DNA of 64,000 bases from NCBI GenBank assembly GCA_050950825.1, contig JBMNIH010000003.1, positions 192,001 through 256,000 on the forward strand. The letters run 5' to 3'. This DNA is from Clostridia bacterium. Its GTDB lineage: Bacteria; Bacillota; Clostridia; JAAYHZ01. The notes under the pieces were generated by a model that had not been told where the DNA came from, ran no database searches, and saw nothing but the letters and a program-made list of their open reading frames with translations. The translations under genes were made by a program, and so were the position numbers. This document shows, one piece after another, positions 39,591-50,608 of the stretch (position 1 is the first letter of the stretch; every line of letters starts with the position of its first letter).

Positions 39591-42500
39591 ATGGCATTGG
39601 ATTTGGAATACAAAAGGCGAATCGAAAAATGGCAGGAGTATTTAAAAAAGCGTATTTTTACTCCTTTGAAAGCCGTGGAGCTTGAAGGATACAAAACAAA
39701 AGAGCTTTTGTCACTTTCCGATTTGGAGTCCAAAGCCTTCGTACCCATGAAGGAAGGAACCCCTTGGGGAGAGAAGTGGGAATACTGCTGGTTTAAGACC
39801 GTCATCACCTTGGACGAGTCCGTGAAGGGCAAAAGAATCGTGTTCGCAGGAGAACCGGGTGGCGAATCCTCCGTTTACATCAACGGAAAACATGCCGGCG
39901 CTTTCGATTTCAACCATCATTACGTCACGTTAACCAAGTGCGCAGAAGGCAACGAGCGTTTTGAAATCCTCATGGAATGCTATGCCGGACACGGTATTCG
40001 CGAACATAAAGCCATCCCCTGTCCTCCGGGATTTGAAACCGTTCCGGAGCCGCCGAAAAACCAAACCGTCGTCGGGCATTCCGTTGTCGGGGTATGGTAC
40101 GAGGATATTTACCAATTGTGGTTGGATATCAACACCCTGTATGAAATACGAAACAACATCGATCCTACCTCCTTGAGAGTCGTCAAGATCGACAAGCTTT
40201 TAAAAGAATACACCTTAACGATTGATTTGGAACAGCCGACGGAAAAGCTGAACGAAGATTGCAAAAATTTCAGAGAACGAGTACGGCCTTTGATGGAGGC
40301 CAAAAACGGTTCTTCCGCTCCCGTTTTCTATTCCATCGGCAATTCCCATATCGACGTGGCATGGATGTGGCCTTTGGCAGAGACGGTAAGAAAGTGCTCC
40401 CGAACCTTCGGCACCATGCTGTCTTTAATGGATGAATACGACAATTATCTGTTCATTTTAAGCCAGCCTCATCTTTACCAAATGGTCAAGGACCACTACC
40501 CCGACCTTTACGAAAGAATGAAGGAAGCGGTAAAAAAAGGCCAATTGATTCCGGAAGGCGCCATGTGGGTGGAACCGGACACCAATGTCCCTTGGGGGGA
40601 AAGCTTGATTCGTCAATTTATCCACGGAAAACGATTTTTTAAAGAAGAATTCGGAATTGACAGCAAGCTCTGCTGGCTGCCGGACGTATTCGGCTATTCC
40701 GGTGCGCTGCCTCAAATTATGAAGGGATGCGGTGTGGATTACTTTACTACGCAAAAAATCTTCTGGGCATACAACGGCGGCATGAAGTTCCCCTACATTA
40801 CTTTTTGGTGGGAAGGAATCGACGGTACGAAGGTTTTGTCTCATTTTCATACCCGCTACGAATCCCATACCAATCCGGCAACCGTCATTGCTCGGTGGAG
40901 AGACCGTGAACAAGAGGAAGTCGAGTCCCGCCTGTTCGTGTTCGGTTACGGGGACGGAGGCGGCGGTCCTACGAGGGACCACATGGAGTATATCAACAGG
41001 CAAAAGGATTTGGAAGGATCTCCGAAATGCATCATGAGCCATCCGGTGAAGTATTTTGAGTATTTGGAGACCTCCGAAGAAGGCGTGAACCATACCTATA
41101 AAGGAGAGCTGTATTTCCAAGCCCACCGAGGAACCTTGACTTCCCAAGCGAGAACCAAACGTGGCAACCGAAAAAGCGAAATCGCCTTGAGGGATGCGGA
41201 AATCTACGGAGTCTTCTCCAACATTTTAGCCGGCAATCCGTTCGACCGAAAGGTATTGGATCCTTATTGGAAGCTTCTATTGCTGAACCAATTCCACGAT
41301 ATCTTGCCGGGATCCTCTATTGAACGGGTTCACAAGGAAGCGGTGGAAGACTTTGAACGGATCCAAAAAGAAGCGAAGAGAATCGCGGAAGAGTGCTTGA
41401 GCATATTAACGGGTCCGAAAGAAGATTCGGTAACCTACTTTAATTCTTTGAGCTTTGATATTGACACCTTAGTCGAGCTTCCGGAAGACTTTACCGCCGT
41501 AGAGAACAAAAACAAAGAGCTTGTAGCGGTACAGCGGTACAACGATAAGAATTATGCAAGAGTGCAAATTCCCATGTTCGGCTCCGTATCCTTAAAAAAA
41601 TCGGATGAGAATGCAAAAACCTATCTTTCCTCCGAAACGGATACCGATGCTTACGTTTTGGAAAATGCCTTTGTAAGGGCGGAATTTAACGAATACGGAG
41701 AAATCGTTCATCTTGTCGACAAGAAAAACGGAAGAACCGTATCCAAGGGAATTTGTAATCAAATAAAGATGTACAAAGACATTCCCACCAGCTGGGACAA
41801 CTGGGATTTGGATTCTTCCTACAAAAAAATGCCGGTTCCCTTGGACCAAAAAGCGAAAATACGGAAAATTACGGGTCCTCTGTTCCAAACTCTGGTTATC
41901 GAAAGGAAGATTCACAACTCCTCCTATACCCAGGAGGTGATTCTGAAGGAACACGGCCCGAGAATCGACTTTCATACCGTAGTGGATTGGAAAGAAAGCC
42001 ATAAGCTTTTGAAGGTGAACTTCCCGGTGGACATTCAAACCGACGAGGGATTGAACGAAATCCAGTTCGGATATATCAAGCGTCCCAACCACATGTCTCG
42101 TCAATACGACCAAGACCGCTTCGAAGTATCCAATCAGCGTTGGACCGCTTTGACGGAAGAAAATTACGGAGTGGCCGTATTGAACGACTGCAAATACGGA
42201 GTAAGCATGGAGGACAACAGCATCAACCTGACCCTGTTGAAATCCGGATTGGCTCCGGATATGAATGCGGACAAAGGAATCCAGGAATTTACCTATTCCC
42301 TGTATTTTTGGAGCGGTTCCTTCATGAATTCTCCGCTGATCAAGGAAGCCTATGAATTGAATACCGTTCCTTTCCGCGTCACGGGGGAAAAGAATATGGA
42401 TTCTTTAATCCGCTTTGACTCCGATAACGTGTTTTTGGATACCATCAAGCCTGCGGAGGACGGATCCAAGGATATCGTATTGAGATTCTATGAAGGAAAG

Positions 42501-42671
42501 AAAATGACATCCCGCTTGGACGTAAAATTGAACTTCGATTTTGAAAGCGTAACCGAAACCGACATGTTAGAGCGAGAAATCGCCCCCGTTGAAACCAATC
42601 CGAAAGGCTTTTCTTTCGTCATCAAGCCTTTCGAGATTAAAACCTTTAAAATTAAAATGAAAAAAGCTTAA
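39591..42671 (+). CDS. GH38 alpha-mannosidase
   Basis: NSHIDVAWMW, WLPDVFG, GYGDGGGGP, NQFHDILPGS. Confidence 0.93.
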   Translation: MALDLEYKRRIEKWQEYLKKRIFTPLKAVELEGYKTKELLSLSDLESKAFVPMKEGTPWGEKWEYCWFKTVITLDESVKGKRIVFAGEPGGESSVYINGKHAGAFDFNHHYVTLTKCAEGNERFEILMECYAGHGIREHKAIPCPPGFETVPEPPKNQTVVGHSVVGVWYEDIYQLWLDINTLYEIRNNIDPTSLRVVKIDKLLKEYTLTIDLEQPTEKLNEDCKNFRERVRPLMEAKNGSSAPVFYSIGNSHIDVAWMWPLAETVRKCSRTFGTMLSLMDEYDNYLFILSQPHLYQMVKDHYPDLYERMKEAVKKGQLIPEGAMWVEPDTNVPWGESLIRQFIHGKRFFKEEFGIDSKLCWLPDVFGYSGALPQIMKGCGVDYFTTQKIFWAYNGGMKFPYITFWWEGIDGTKVLSHFHTRYESHTNPATVIARWRDREQEEVESRLFVFGYGDGGGGPTRDHMEYINRQKDLEGSPKCIMSHPVKYFEYLETSEEGVNHTYKGELYFQAHRGTLTSQARTKRGNRKSEIALRDAEIYGVFSNILAGNPFDRKVLDPYWKLLLLNQFHDILPGSSIERVHKEAVEDFERIQKEAKRIAEECLSILTGPKEDSVTYFNSLSFDIDTLVELPEDFTAVENKNKELVAVQRYNDKNYARVQIPMFGSVSLKKSDENAKTYLSSETDTDAYVLENAFVRAEFNEYGEIVHLVDKKNGRTVSKGICNQIKMYKDIPTSWDNWDLDSSYKKMPVPLDQKAKIRKITGPLFQTLVIERKIHNSSYTQEVILKEHGPRIDFHTVVDWKESHKLLKVNFPVDIQTDEGLNEIQFGYIKRPNHMSRQYDQDRFEVSNQRWTALTEENYGVAVLNDCKYGVSMEDNSINLTLLKSGLAPDMNADKGIQEFTYSLYFWSGSFMNSPLIKEAYELNTVPFRVTGEKNMDSLIRFDSDNVFLDTIKPAEDGSKDIVLRFYEGKKMTSRLDVKLNFDFESVTETDMLEREIAPVETNPKGFSFVIKPFEIKTFKIKMKKA

Positions 42672-42686
42672 GAAAGGAAGATCACA

Positions 42687-43769
42687 ATGAGTTCCGAAGT
42701 CTTATTCGCCACTACAAGATACGATAAATATGACGTCAGCCAAACCCTTCCGGCCAAGTTTGAAAGGCTCATTGACGCCATGAACATGGAGGATGTTGTC
42801 AAGGGAAAATGGACCGCCGTAAAAATGCACGTAGGACGTAATATGGGATATTCGACGGTACATCCTTTGTTTGTTAAGAAGCTGGTTGACAAGTTGAAAT
42901 CCTACGGCGCCAAGGTGTTTGTTACCGACCAAACGGTATCCGGAGCCCGTGCAAGAGGGTATACCGAAGAATTTTTAGGAGTACCGATTGTGGCGGCGTG
43001 CGGCGTCATGAACCGATACTATTACGAAAAATACGTAGACTTTAAAACCTTTAAAAACGTAGATATTGCCGGGCACATCCACGACGCGGAGGTCATGATC
43101 GACTTTTCCCACGTGAAGGGACACGGGGTATGCGGTTACGGCGGTGCATGCAAAAACATCGCCATGGGATGCGTTACCGATCGAACAAGGCAGCAAATCC
43201 ACAGCTTGGAAGGGGGCTTGGAATGGAACGAAGAATTGTGCATTCATTGCGAGGCTTGTGTGAACAGCTGCAACCACGATGCCAACAAATTTGATACGGA
43301 TAACCGTTATTCCATTAACTTTCACCATTGTACCTATTGCCAGCACTGCGTGAAAGTCTGCCCCACGGAAGCCATCCGATTGAACGTAAACAGCTACGAG
43401 GACTTCCAAAAAGGAATGGCTCTCTGTACGGCGGAAGTATTGAAAACCTTTAAGCCCGACCATGTATTTTATATTAACTTTTTAATGAATATTACGGCCC
43501 TTTGCGATTGCTGGGGCATGACGACCCCCGCTTTGGTACCGGATATAGGGATTATGGCTTCCAAAGACATTGTGGCTATCGAAAGAGCATCCCTCGATTC
43601 CATTAAGTTCGAGGACTTATTGATACCCGGTGTTCCCCACGGTATGGAATTGGGCGATCACGGCCACTTGTTTGAACGCCTCCACGGCAAGAATCCTTTT
43701 GTCCAGCTAAAGGAGCTGGAAGCTCTAGGATTGGGAACACAGGAATACACCGTAAAGGAAATCAAGTAG
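42687..43769 (+). CDS. DUF362 / 4Fe-4S ferredoxin-domain protein
   Basis: KMHVG, SHVKGH, KNIAMGC, CxxCxxCxxxC twice, CDC. Confidence 0.85.
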   Translation: MSSEVLFATTRYDKYDVSQTLPAKFERLIDAMNMEDVVKGKWTAVKMHVGRNMGYSTVHPLFVKKLVDKLKSYGAKVFVTDQTVSGARARGYTEEFLGVPIVAACGVMNRYYYEKYVDFKTFKNVDIAGHIHDAEVMIDFSHVKGHGVCGYGGACKNIAMGCVTDRTRQQIHSLEGGLEWNEELCIHCEACVNSCNHDANKFDTDNRYSINFHHCTYCQHCVKVCPTEAIRLNVNSYEDFQKGMALCTAEVLKTFKPDHVFYINFLMNITALCDCWGMTTPALVPDIGIMASKDIVAIERASLDSIKFEDLLIPGVPHGMELGDHGHLFERLHGKNPFVQLKELEALGLGTQEYTVKEIK

Positions 43770-43866
43770 CAACAACTCCTGCGGATGAAAATGTATTCAA
43801 TAGAAAGAAAGGACGTGCTATAAAATGTCCTTTCTTTCTATTATTCTACATCGTAATTGACAAATT

Positions 43867-44565
43867 TCATTCCTCATAAAAATACGTTCTAAGTTCCTTA
43901 ACCAATTCGAACACGGTAGTTGCAGGATTCATCTTCGCCTTTGAACGTATATTTCTTTTTTCTTCATGCATTTTTAACAGTCTTTCTGCACGTTTAATTG
44001 CCTCATCAAGGCAACCTTTATCCATAAGTAACTCAAAAATATCTTTCATGTTTTTTTCATATTTTTCTATACCAAATTGTTTAAAATGCTTTGTTAACTT
44101 ATCACAATATTGTTGTCTTGTTATACCGGTATTCATGTACTCGAAATGCAAAAGAAACCATAATTCGATAGCTTCATTGGACCACCCTGTCTTATATCCC
44201 TTACTATGAGCCCGGTTAATATCATCATTAAAATCTTGGTCGGTATTGTCGTCCTTATCAAAAATGACCCAAACATTGCCATAAGGCATTACGGACCTAT
44301 TAATCATGTATTCGGTATAATTTACCAAATCGATAGCACTTCTACCGGTACCCTCTATATCTATTTCTATTTTTTCTTCAACCCTAACACTATTACTGTA
44401 TTTTGCATTAATTCTATTTTTAATACCTTCGAAATAATTCGGTTCAGTTCGTCCACCCTCACAAACAATCAAATATCGATAAGGAGCTCTTTTTTTGGCA
44501 TTTTCCTTTCTTTCTCTTCGGTGACGTCTTCTTTTTTTAAACAGTTCTTCGCGATCGCTCCCCAC
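43867..44565 (-). CDS. rloB: RloB-family (TOPRIM-like) protein
   Basis: LIVCEGGRTEPNYF, WVIFDKD, SNEAIELWFLLHF, NPATTV. Confidence 0.88.
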   Translation of the reverse strand: MGSDREELFKKRRRHRRERKENAKKRAPYRYLIVCEGGRTEPNYFEGIKNRINAKYSNSVRVEEKIEIDIEGTGRSAIDLVNYTEYMINRSVMPYGNVWVIFDKDDNTDQDFNDDINRAHSKGYKTGWSNEAIELWFLLHFEYMNTGITRQQYCDKLTKHFKQFGIEKYEKNMKDIFELLMDKGCLDEAIKRAERLLKMHEEKRNIRSKAKMNPATTVFELVKELRTYFYEE

Positions 44566-45811
44566 TCTTTTGACCCTCCAATATATAAAATTCTTTCAAT
44601 AAGGGAACAGCCCCGTATCTTCCGGATAGGTAGTCCTTAGAATAAGTGGCATCATTTCGAACTTTACTGTCATCCTCCAACTTATATTCTGCCAATGAAT
44701 ACAAATTGGATACACCGGCAACGTCCTTTTCTACAAACCAGATTTCATCTCTTCTAAAAACATCTCTTGTCAGAGTAAATGTATCGTGAGTCGTAAAAAC
44801 CAATTGTGCATTATTTTCATTAATGTTCGGGGCATGAAACATGTTAATGATATATCTAACCAAAATAGGGTGCAACTTCGCATTTAGTTCATCAATAAAA
44901 AGAACACTTCCTTTTTTCATAACATCCCACAAGAAATCGAATAAACAGAACATTTTTTGTGTACCGCTCGATTCTTGATCAAATGGAATCTCTATATATT
45001 CATTGCTTTTTTCGATTTCGTGTCTTGAATATACTTTATATGCTTCTTTATTTTCATTGTCTTTGGTTTTTTCTACTCGAATTCCTTTAATGCCCGTATC
45101 GATAGCAATCAAGAAATCTTCAATTCGTTTTTTATAGGTTTCATTCTCCAAAATTTCCGGAGAAATTCGTCTTGAAATCAAGCTCTCGAAAGCAATATTC
45201 CCAAAATCGACAGACGTGTTATTAAAAAACCACTGATATACGGTCTTGGAAACTTCAACTTTCGTCCTTGCAGTTAAAGTTAAAAACAAGGTATTATCAT
45301 CAACAGCATCTTTAAATTTTTCGGCTTCTGCCATCCTCTTCCCACATTCGATGTTGTTTCCGGTTCTCTCGAACAGCATATTGTATTTTTTCCCACTGAT
45401 TTTCCTATAATAAAGCCATTCTTCATGAACTCTTTCTTGATCAACCGAAAAACCATATTGATATTCCGTGTCATCTTGAATGAAAAAGACTTCAAATTCA
45501 GAAGGCATATTTTTGCTATCGTTATCGAAAGCAAATCCGGTTACCGGGATCGTCTTTTTGCTGCGTTTATTTTCAACACTTTCCATTCCTAATGAGTTAT
45601 AAATAAAATAATGCATGAAACTAAAGGCTTCAATTACATTGGATTTACCGCTTGCATTTGCACCATAAATTGCTGCCAATTTTAAGTATTTAGATCCTGA
45701 CTTGGTTTCAATCAGGTTATATGGATGTTCTTTGATAGATGTGGCTGTCATGTCTAAAGTTGCTTCGTTTTTAAATGATTTATAGTTTTTGAAATTAAAC
45801 TGTACTAACAT
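44537..45811 (-). CDS. rloA: RloA-family AAA_21 ATPase (abortive-infection type)
   Basis: NYKSF, GANASGKSN, ESSGTQK, IDEL..LHP, FTTHD, YLSGRYGAVP. Confidence 0.88.
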   Translation of the reverse strand: MLVQFNFKNYKSFKNEATLDMTATSIKEHPYNLIETKSGSKYLKLAAIYGANASGKSNVIEAFSFMHYFIYNSLGMESVENKRSKKTIPVTGFAFDNDSKNMPSEFEVFFIQDDTEYQYGFSVDQERVHEEWLYYRKISGKKYNMLFERTGNNIECGKRMAEAEKFKDAVDDNTLFLTLTARTKVEVSKTVYQWFFNNTSVDFGNIAFESLISRRISPEILENETYKKRIEDFLIAIDTGIKGIRVEKTKDNENKEAYKVYSRHEIEKSNEYIEIPFDQESSGTQKMFCLFDFLWDVMKKGSVLFIDELNAKLHPILVRYIINMFHAPNINENNAQLVFTTHDTFTLTRDVFRRDEIWFVEKDVAGVSNLYSLAEYKLEDDSKVRNDATYSKDYLSGRYGAVPLLKEFYILEGQKSGERSRRTV

Positions 45812-46173
45812 TTATCTCACCTTCTTTCTTGTTCATCCTCTCATCTTAATATACATTATTTTTTATGAGTTTACTATGGTTTTGTGAGAAATTTTCTCGT
45901 AAATTTATTATTTTTATTATTTATTGCCGTAAAATAATAGTCTTATACGCAAATTCCTCAAATTTTAAACTAATAAACCTAGACATTTTCACTTGGTAGA
46001 ATGATTTGTAGGATATTTTCTCGATCGCTGCGATAATAGACGGGAACTTTTGCTTTTATCAAATTGTAGGCAACATCATATAGGAAAAAGCCGTTTCTTC
46101 TTTTCTTCAGTCTTTACTTAAAAACGGATTACCGGCTTATGAAAAATAGCGCCGATTTATTCGGCGCTTCTTT

Positions 46174-47200
46174 TTAACCTCTGCTCAGAATTTTTATCAC
46201 ACCGTTCTTGGAATGTTTTTCTACGGATTCTTGTACCACATGACCTACCGTTATATCTCCCGAGCCTAATACGGACAGGTTGGATTTTTGGGTTTTGACT
46301 CCGGATGCATCCACGTTTCCGAAACCTCTTACCGTCATGTTAAATGCTTGCAGACAACCCTTTCTTACCGTTATATTTCCGAATCCGAAGATGTTCGCGG
46401 AAAAAGATCCAGCCGTTTATTATAAACCCTCCCTGCTCAATTTAAGAAAATGTCTACGGAACCGTTAACCGTGCCTTTGATTTGCTTTCCCGTATCTTGC
46501 CCCGGGTATATTGCTATTTTATTCGAACGGTTCTGCTTCTCCTTATCCGATGCATTGTGGTATATAACGGATAAAGTCCTGTCGGTTTTTTCGATGATCA
46601 TGCCCGATAGAAAGTCTATGGATCCGACGGCTTGGACAAAGGTTTGGGCATCCTTCGATCTTTCCACCCGTATATTGCCGGAATCCATATCCAAACTCAA
46701 CGAGTCGACTCCTTTGAAACTTTCCTCGATTTTCCTTCGCCTTTGGGTCCGATGCCGAAAAATTGGTCTTCGTATCGGAAAAGAATTTCTCCTGTACCTT
46801 TGTTCGCAATTGTCAGCGTCCGCAAATCGGCCGAACTTCCGTCTTTAAAAAAAACCTTTTCGCCATCCGCATAATCCTTTTCCTTATCCGAATAACAAGC
46901 GATTTTGGCGTATACGTGGGCAAGCGGCATATCGCCATCGATTTTTTACGGAAACGGAATCGCCCTTTATCCCGTTCCGCTTCCCCCGAGGTCTCGATCC
47001 CAAAAAGCTCATCCATAGAAACATTCGGCACTTTGGCGATAAAAGGCAGATTGGTGATATCCGGAAGGTTGATATCGTTCTCCCACTTGCTGACGGCCTG
47101 TGACGATATTTTTAATAGCTCCGCCGGTTCTTCTTGGGTCAGCTTCGCCTTTTTTCTGTATCTTTTGATTCTATTTTCTTAAACCGTATAGATTATACAT
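46174..47200 (-). pseudogene. XRE-HTH plus DUF4097-like protein, multiply disrupted
   Basis: SQAVSKWENDINLPDI..VSMDELFG, then fragments with GTVNGSVDI and TVRGFGNV repeats in several frames. Confidence 0.7.
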
Positions 47201-47349
47201 ACCGACATTCCTTCATGGATTGATAACCTGATTGTATCTTTCTTCCTTTTAAGGCACAACAAACATACAACCGGTTGAACTTATAAAAGAGCTTTTTAAA
47301 AAAACTTAACCGGCGGTTGATTCAACTGCCGGTTTATATTTATCAAATT

Positions 47350-47649
47350 CTAAAAAATGTCTTCCAACGCTTTGGCCGCAGTGTAGATGCTCCCGACCCC
47401 GCAAATATAATAGACGATTCTTAAGGTCTCCAATATTTCTTCCTTGCTCGCTCCGGCGGCTACGGCTTGTTTGGCGAAAGATTTAACGCCATCCGCCGTT
47501 CCTTTTGCCGCATCCAGTGCCAATCCGATTAAAAGCTTCGTTTTTACCGACAACTCTCCTTCCTTTATGGCCGAATTTCGATTCGCCGATATGTGGGTAA
47601 AAAGTTCGTTGTCGTTCTCTTTTATAAAATCCAAAGGATTCTTATTCAT
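47350..47649 (-). CDS. Carboxymuconolactone decarboxylase (CMD) family protein
   Basis: LSVKTKLLIGLALDA...AGASKEEILE. Confidence 0.8.
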   Translation of the reverse strand: MNKNPLDFIKENDNELFTHISANRNSAIKEGELSVKTKLLIGLALDAAKGTADGVKSFAKQAVAAGASKEEILETLRIVYYICGVGSIYTAAKALEDIF

Positions 47650-47764
47650 AACAACCTCCGTGTTTTCATAATATTGCTTTTGCTATTTTACCATAATTTA
47701 TCCGTTCCGATTCTAATAAAAATACTTCGTATAAATAAAGGACAGGTTTCCCTGTCCCTTGTTC

Positions 47765-48298
47765 CTATTCCTTCGGTTCGTACCGGTTAAAGCTAACCAA
47801 ATCTTTTAGGTCTTTTCTTTTCTTCGGAGGCGCTTCCGATTCCGGATAGCCGATAGGCAAAAGTACGATGACTTCCATATTCTCCGGCAGATCCAGTATA
47901 TCGTGGCATAAATCGGGATTAAAAGCACATACCCAGCAGGAGCCCAAACCCAAATCGGCGGCGGCTAATGCCATGTGGTCCGTTGCAATGGCCGCGTCGA
48001 TATCGCAGTGGTCCTTTTGGTCGTAGCTTCTTACCCAAGACCGGGCTCGGTCGCCACAGACCGCAATGACTGCCGGTGCACTTTTAAACCACTCTCTCGG
48101 ATACGCTTTTGATAACCGATCCTTCATTTCTTGATCGGTAACGACGATAAAATGATAAGGCTGGTAGTTCACTGCCGAGGGGGCCAATCTTCCGGCTTCC
48201 AAAATCTTCAGTATTTTCTCTTCCTCCACCGGATCCTGTTTAAATTTTCTTACCGAATATCTTTTTCCGGCAAGCTCGAGAAACGACACATACACCAC
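47765..48298 (-). CDS. Nitroreductase family protein
   Basis: RYSVRKF, APSAVNYQP, GLGSCWV, IGYP. Confidence 0.9.
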   Translation of the reverse strand: MVYVSFLELAGKRYSVRKFKQDPVEEEKILKILEAGRLAPSAVNYQPYHFIVVTDQEMKDRLSKAYPREWFKSAPAVIAVCGDRARSWVRSYDQKDHCDIDAAIATDHMALAAADLGLGSCWVCAFNPDLCHDILDLPENMEVIVLLPIGYPESEAPPKKRKDLKDLVSFNRYEPKE

Positions 48299-48450
48299 TT
48301 CCTTTCCTATGGGATACCCTTAGGCATAGGATAGCACGTTTTATCGAACTTGAAAAGCGTCACGGGATCAGGTCGTGCAATCCATATATTCCAATTTATT
48401 GTATTTACTGAATGAATATTCAATCGGTATCCTATATTTTTCCATTTATC

Positions 48451-50268
48451 CTACAGGCTGTAGTTTATTTCATCGGTTTTCTGTTTTAATCCGGAAGATA
48501 TGATATAAACAAGGATATACGCTACGGCCGGTTCCACAAGCAGCAACGTTTTTACCGTATAGATTCTGCAAAGAAGATTCAATCCCCCTCCGGTAACTAC
48601 GGTGGTAACAAACATGATTCCTAAGGCTTTCAAAGCATCCTTTACACCCAGCTCTTTAAAAAGGATGGTCGCGGTAGCAATACAAGGAATATACAAGGTT
48701 AATACCACAACGGCAATCACCGTTTGGATATCCGTTAATTCCAAAGGCAGCAGCAAGGCCAAAGCGGCGTCTTTTCTCACCGCTCCTACGATTAAAGCGG
48801 CAACGGTTTCCACGGGAAGGCCGAAAACACCGGTGATGAGAGGAGAGAACAGTTTTCCCAAAAAGTCCACCGCTCCGGTTATATGCAATACGTTCATAAG
48901 AAACACGCCGAAAAAAACATAAGGCACCGCATCCTTCATAAAACAAGTAAGCCTCATCCGCACCTTTTTCATCTGGTTTTTCAAACGGGGCATTCGGTAA
49001 GGAGGAACCTCCATAATCAGCGTAGGGGTGCTGTCCTTTACTCCGTGCTTTAAAATAGCCCCTAAAACCATCCACACGGTGAAAAGAGTGAGAAACACCA
49101 AAAGGATGTATTGATGGCCTCGGCTTCCCACGGCTTTGAAGATAAGGGAGGTTTGCGCCATACAGGGGATAACGGTACAGGTAAGAACGGCGGTAATAAA
49201 TCGCTCTCTTCGGGTTTCCAAGTTACGAATGGCCATAAGACCCGGCACATTGCATCCGCATGCCAAAAACATAGGAATCACGGAATAACCGTGAAGGCCG
49301 ATTCGGTGGAGGGTCTTATCCAGCGTCACCGCCACTCGAGGAAGGTAACCTAAATCTTCTAAAAAGCCGAAGACAATATAGAAAAGAAGGATATACGGAA
49401 ACACGACGCCCAAGGATACGAACAAGCCTGTGGTCAGCACGCCCATAGCTCTTTCGTAGTTCAGAGCGTTATTCTCCACGGTTCCGATGAGAAGTTCATG
49501 CCAAAAGCTTTGTTTTCCTAAGATTTCGCTCAGTTTTAAAATCAGAGGCGTGTAGCAGCGAGAAAATAAGGCTTCAAGGCCTTTCGTCATATATTCTCCC
49601 AAAAAAGAGATTAAGTTAAACAAAGCGAAAAGAACCACAAGAGCCAAAGGAAGGCCGAAAACGGGATGAACGGTAAAATCCTGGAGCCTTTCGATGAAGG
49701 TAGGCTTTCGATTCGTCATGTTTTGAACCTTTTCCGTAATCTCCCCGAGTTTTTTCCATCTTGCATCCGACGTCATTTTCGGAACAAAAACAGGCTTTGC
49801 CGTCATGCATTTTTCGGAAAGAAGTTTCACTCCTTCTCCCGTTAAGCCGTTGGTAGGAATCACCGATACTTTTAAAAGCTTTTCCAGCTTCTTTACATCG
49901 ATACGGATGCCTTTTTTCAAAGCGTCGTCCCACATATTCAACGCTAAGATCACGGGTTTTCCGTATTCCATCAGCTGCAGGGTCAAATTCAAATTCCGCT
50001 CCAGATTCGCGGCATCCACAACATTTACCAGCACGTCTCCTTTTTCCAGCATCCGTAGAGCCGTTTTTTCCGCTTCCGATTCCGGGTCCAATCGATAGAT
50101 TCCCGGAACATCCCACACCGTATGTTTTTCATTTTTCATCGTCAGATAGCCGGATGTAAATTCCACGGTGGTTCCGGGGTAATTGGAGGTTTGAACGCTC
50201 ACACCGGTTAAATGTCCGAACAAAGCGCTTTTTCCTACGTTAGGATTGCCTACGAGAAGAATGTTCAT
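48451..50268 (-). CDS. feoB: Ferrous iron transporter B
   Basis: GNPNVGKS, NYPGTTVE, DVPG, NMWD, LEDLGYLPR. Confidence 0.92.
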   Translation of the reverse strand: MNILLVGNPNVGKSALFGHLTGVSVQTSNYPGTTVEFTSGYLTMKNEKHTVWDVPGIYRLDPESEAEKTALRMLEKGDVLVNVVDAANLERNLNLTLQLMEYGKPVILALNMWDDALKKGIRIDVKKLEKLLKVSVIPTNGLTGEGVKLLSEKCMTAKPVFVPKMTSDARWKKLGEITEKVQNMTNRKPTFIERLQDFTVHPVFGLPLALVVLFALFNLISFLGEYMTKGLEALFSRCYTPLILKLSEILGKQSFWHELLIGTVENNALNYERAMGVLTTGLFVSLGVVFPYILLFYIVFGFLEDLGYLPRVAVTLDKTLHRIGLHGYSVIPMFLACGCNVPGLMAIRNLETRRERFITAVLTCTVIPCMAQTSLIFKAVGSRGHQYILLVFLTLFTVWMVLGAILKHGVKDSTPTLIMEVPPYRMPRLKNQMKKVRMRLTCFMKDAVPYVFFGVFLMNVLHITGAVDFLGKLFSPLITGVFGLPVETVAALIVGAVRKDAALALLLPLELTDIQTVIAVVVLTLYIPCIATATILFKELGVKDALKALGIMFVTTVVTGGGLNLLCRIYTVKTLLLVEPAVAYILVYIISSGLKQKTDEINYSL

Positions 50269-50498
50269 CCTTTCGCCTCCACCCATATTTTCTTAGCCAA
50301 AGCATAGCCGATAGCCACCTCGCTGTTCGCCACCCTTACAATCAAGGGACCTTTTGCCGGCAGGGCGTTTTTTTTCACGATCAAAGCTCCGGCTCGAATG
50401 CCTAAGGACTCCAACTTGGCTACGGTTTTTTTACCTCCGCTTATGGAGATGATGACGCCGGACCGGCCGATGTCCATATCGCTTAAGGGCATTTTCAT
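50265..50498 (-). CDS. feoA: Ferrous iron transport protein A
   Basis: KLESLGIRAG...GPLIV...IG...AKKI; overlaps the feoB start. Confidence 0.88.
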   Translation of the reverse strand: MKMPLSDMDIGRSGVIISISGGKKTVAKLESLGIRAGALIVKKNALPAKGPLIVRVANSEVAIGYALAKKIWVEAKG

Positions 50499-50608
50499 AC
50501 TTAACAACGCGAAAAGCCTCCGTAAAAGAAATACCGGGCTTTCTTTTCTTGCCCGGTACTATTGTATTCTTACGGTATTTACGGTTATGCCAAAATAGAC
50601 AAGTTTCT

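Noticed and set aside
48407-48424. ARG-box-like palindrome upstream of the nitroreductase gene
   Set aside because: Single site in AT-rich DNA with no arginine-related target; cannot be assigned
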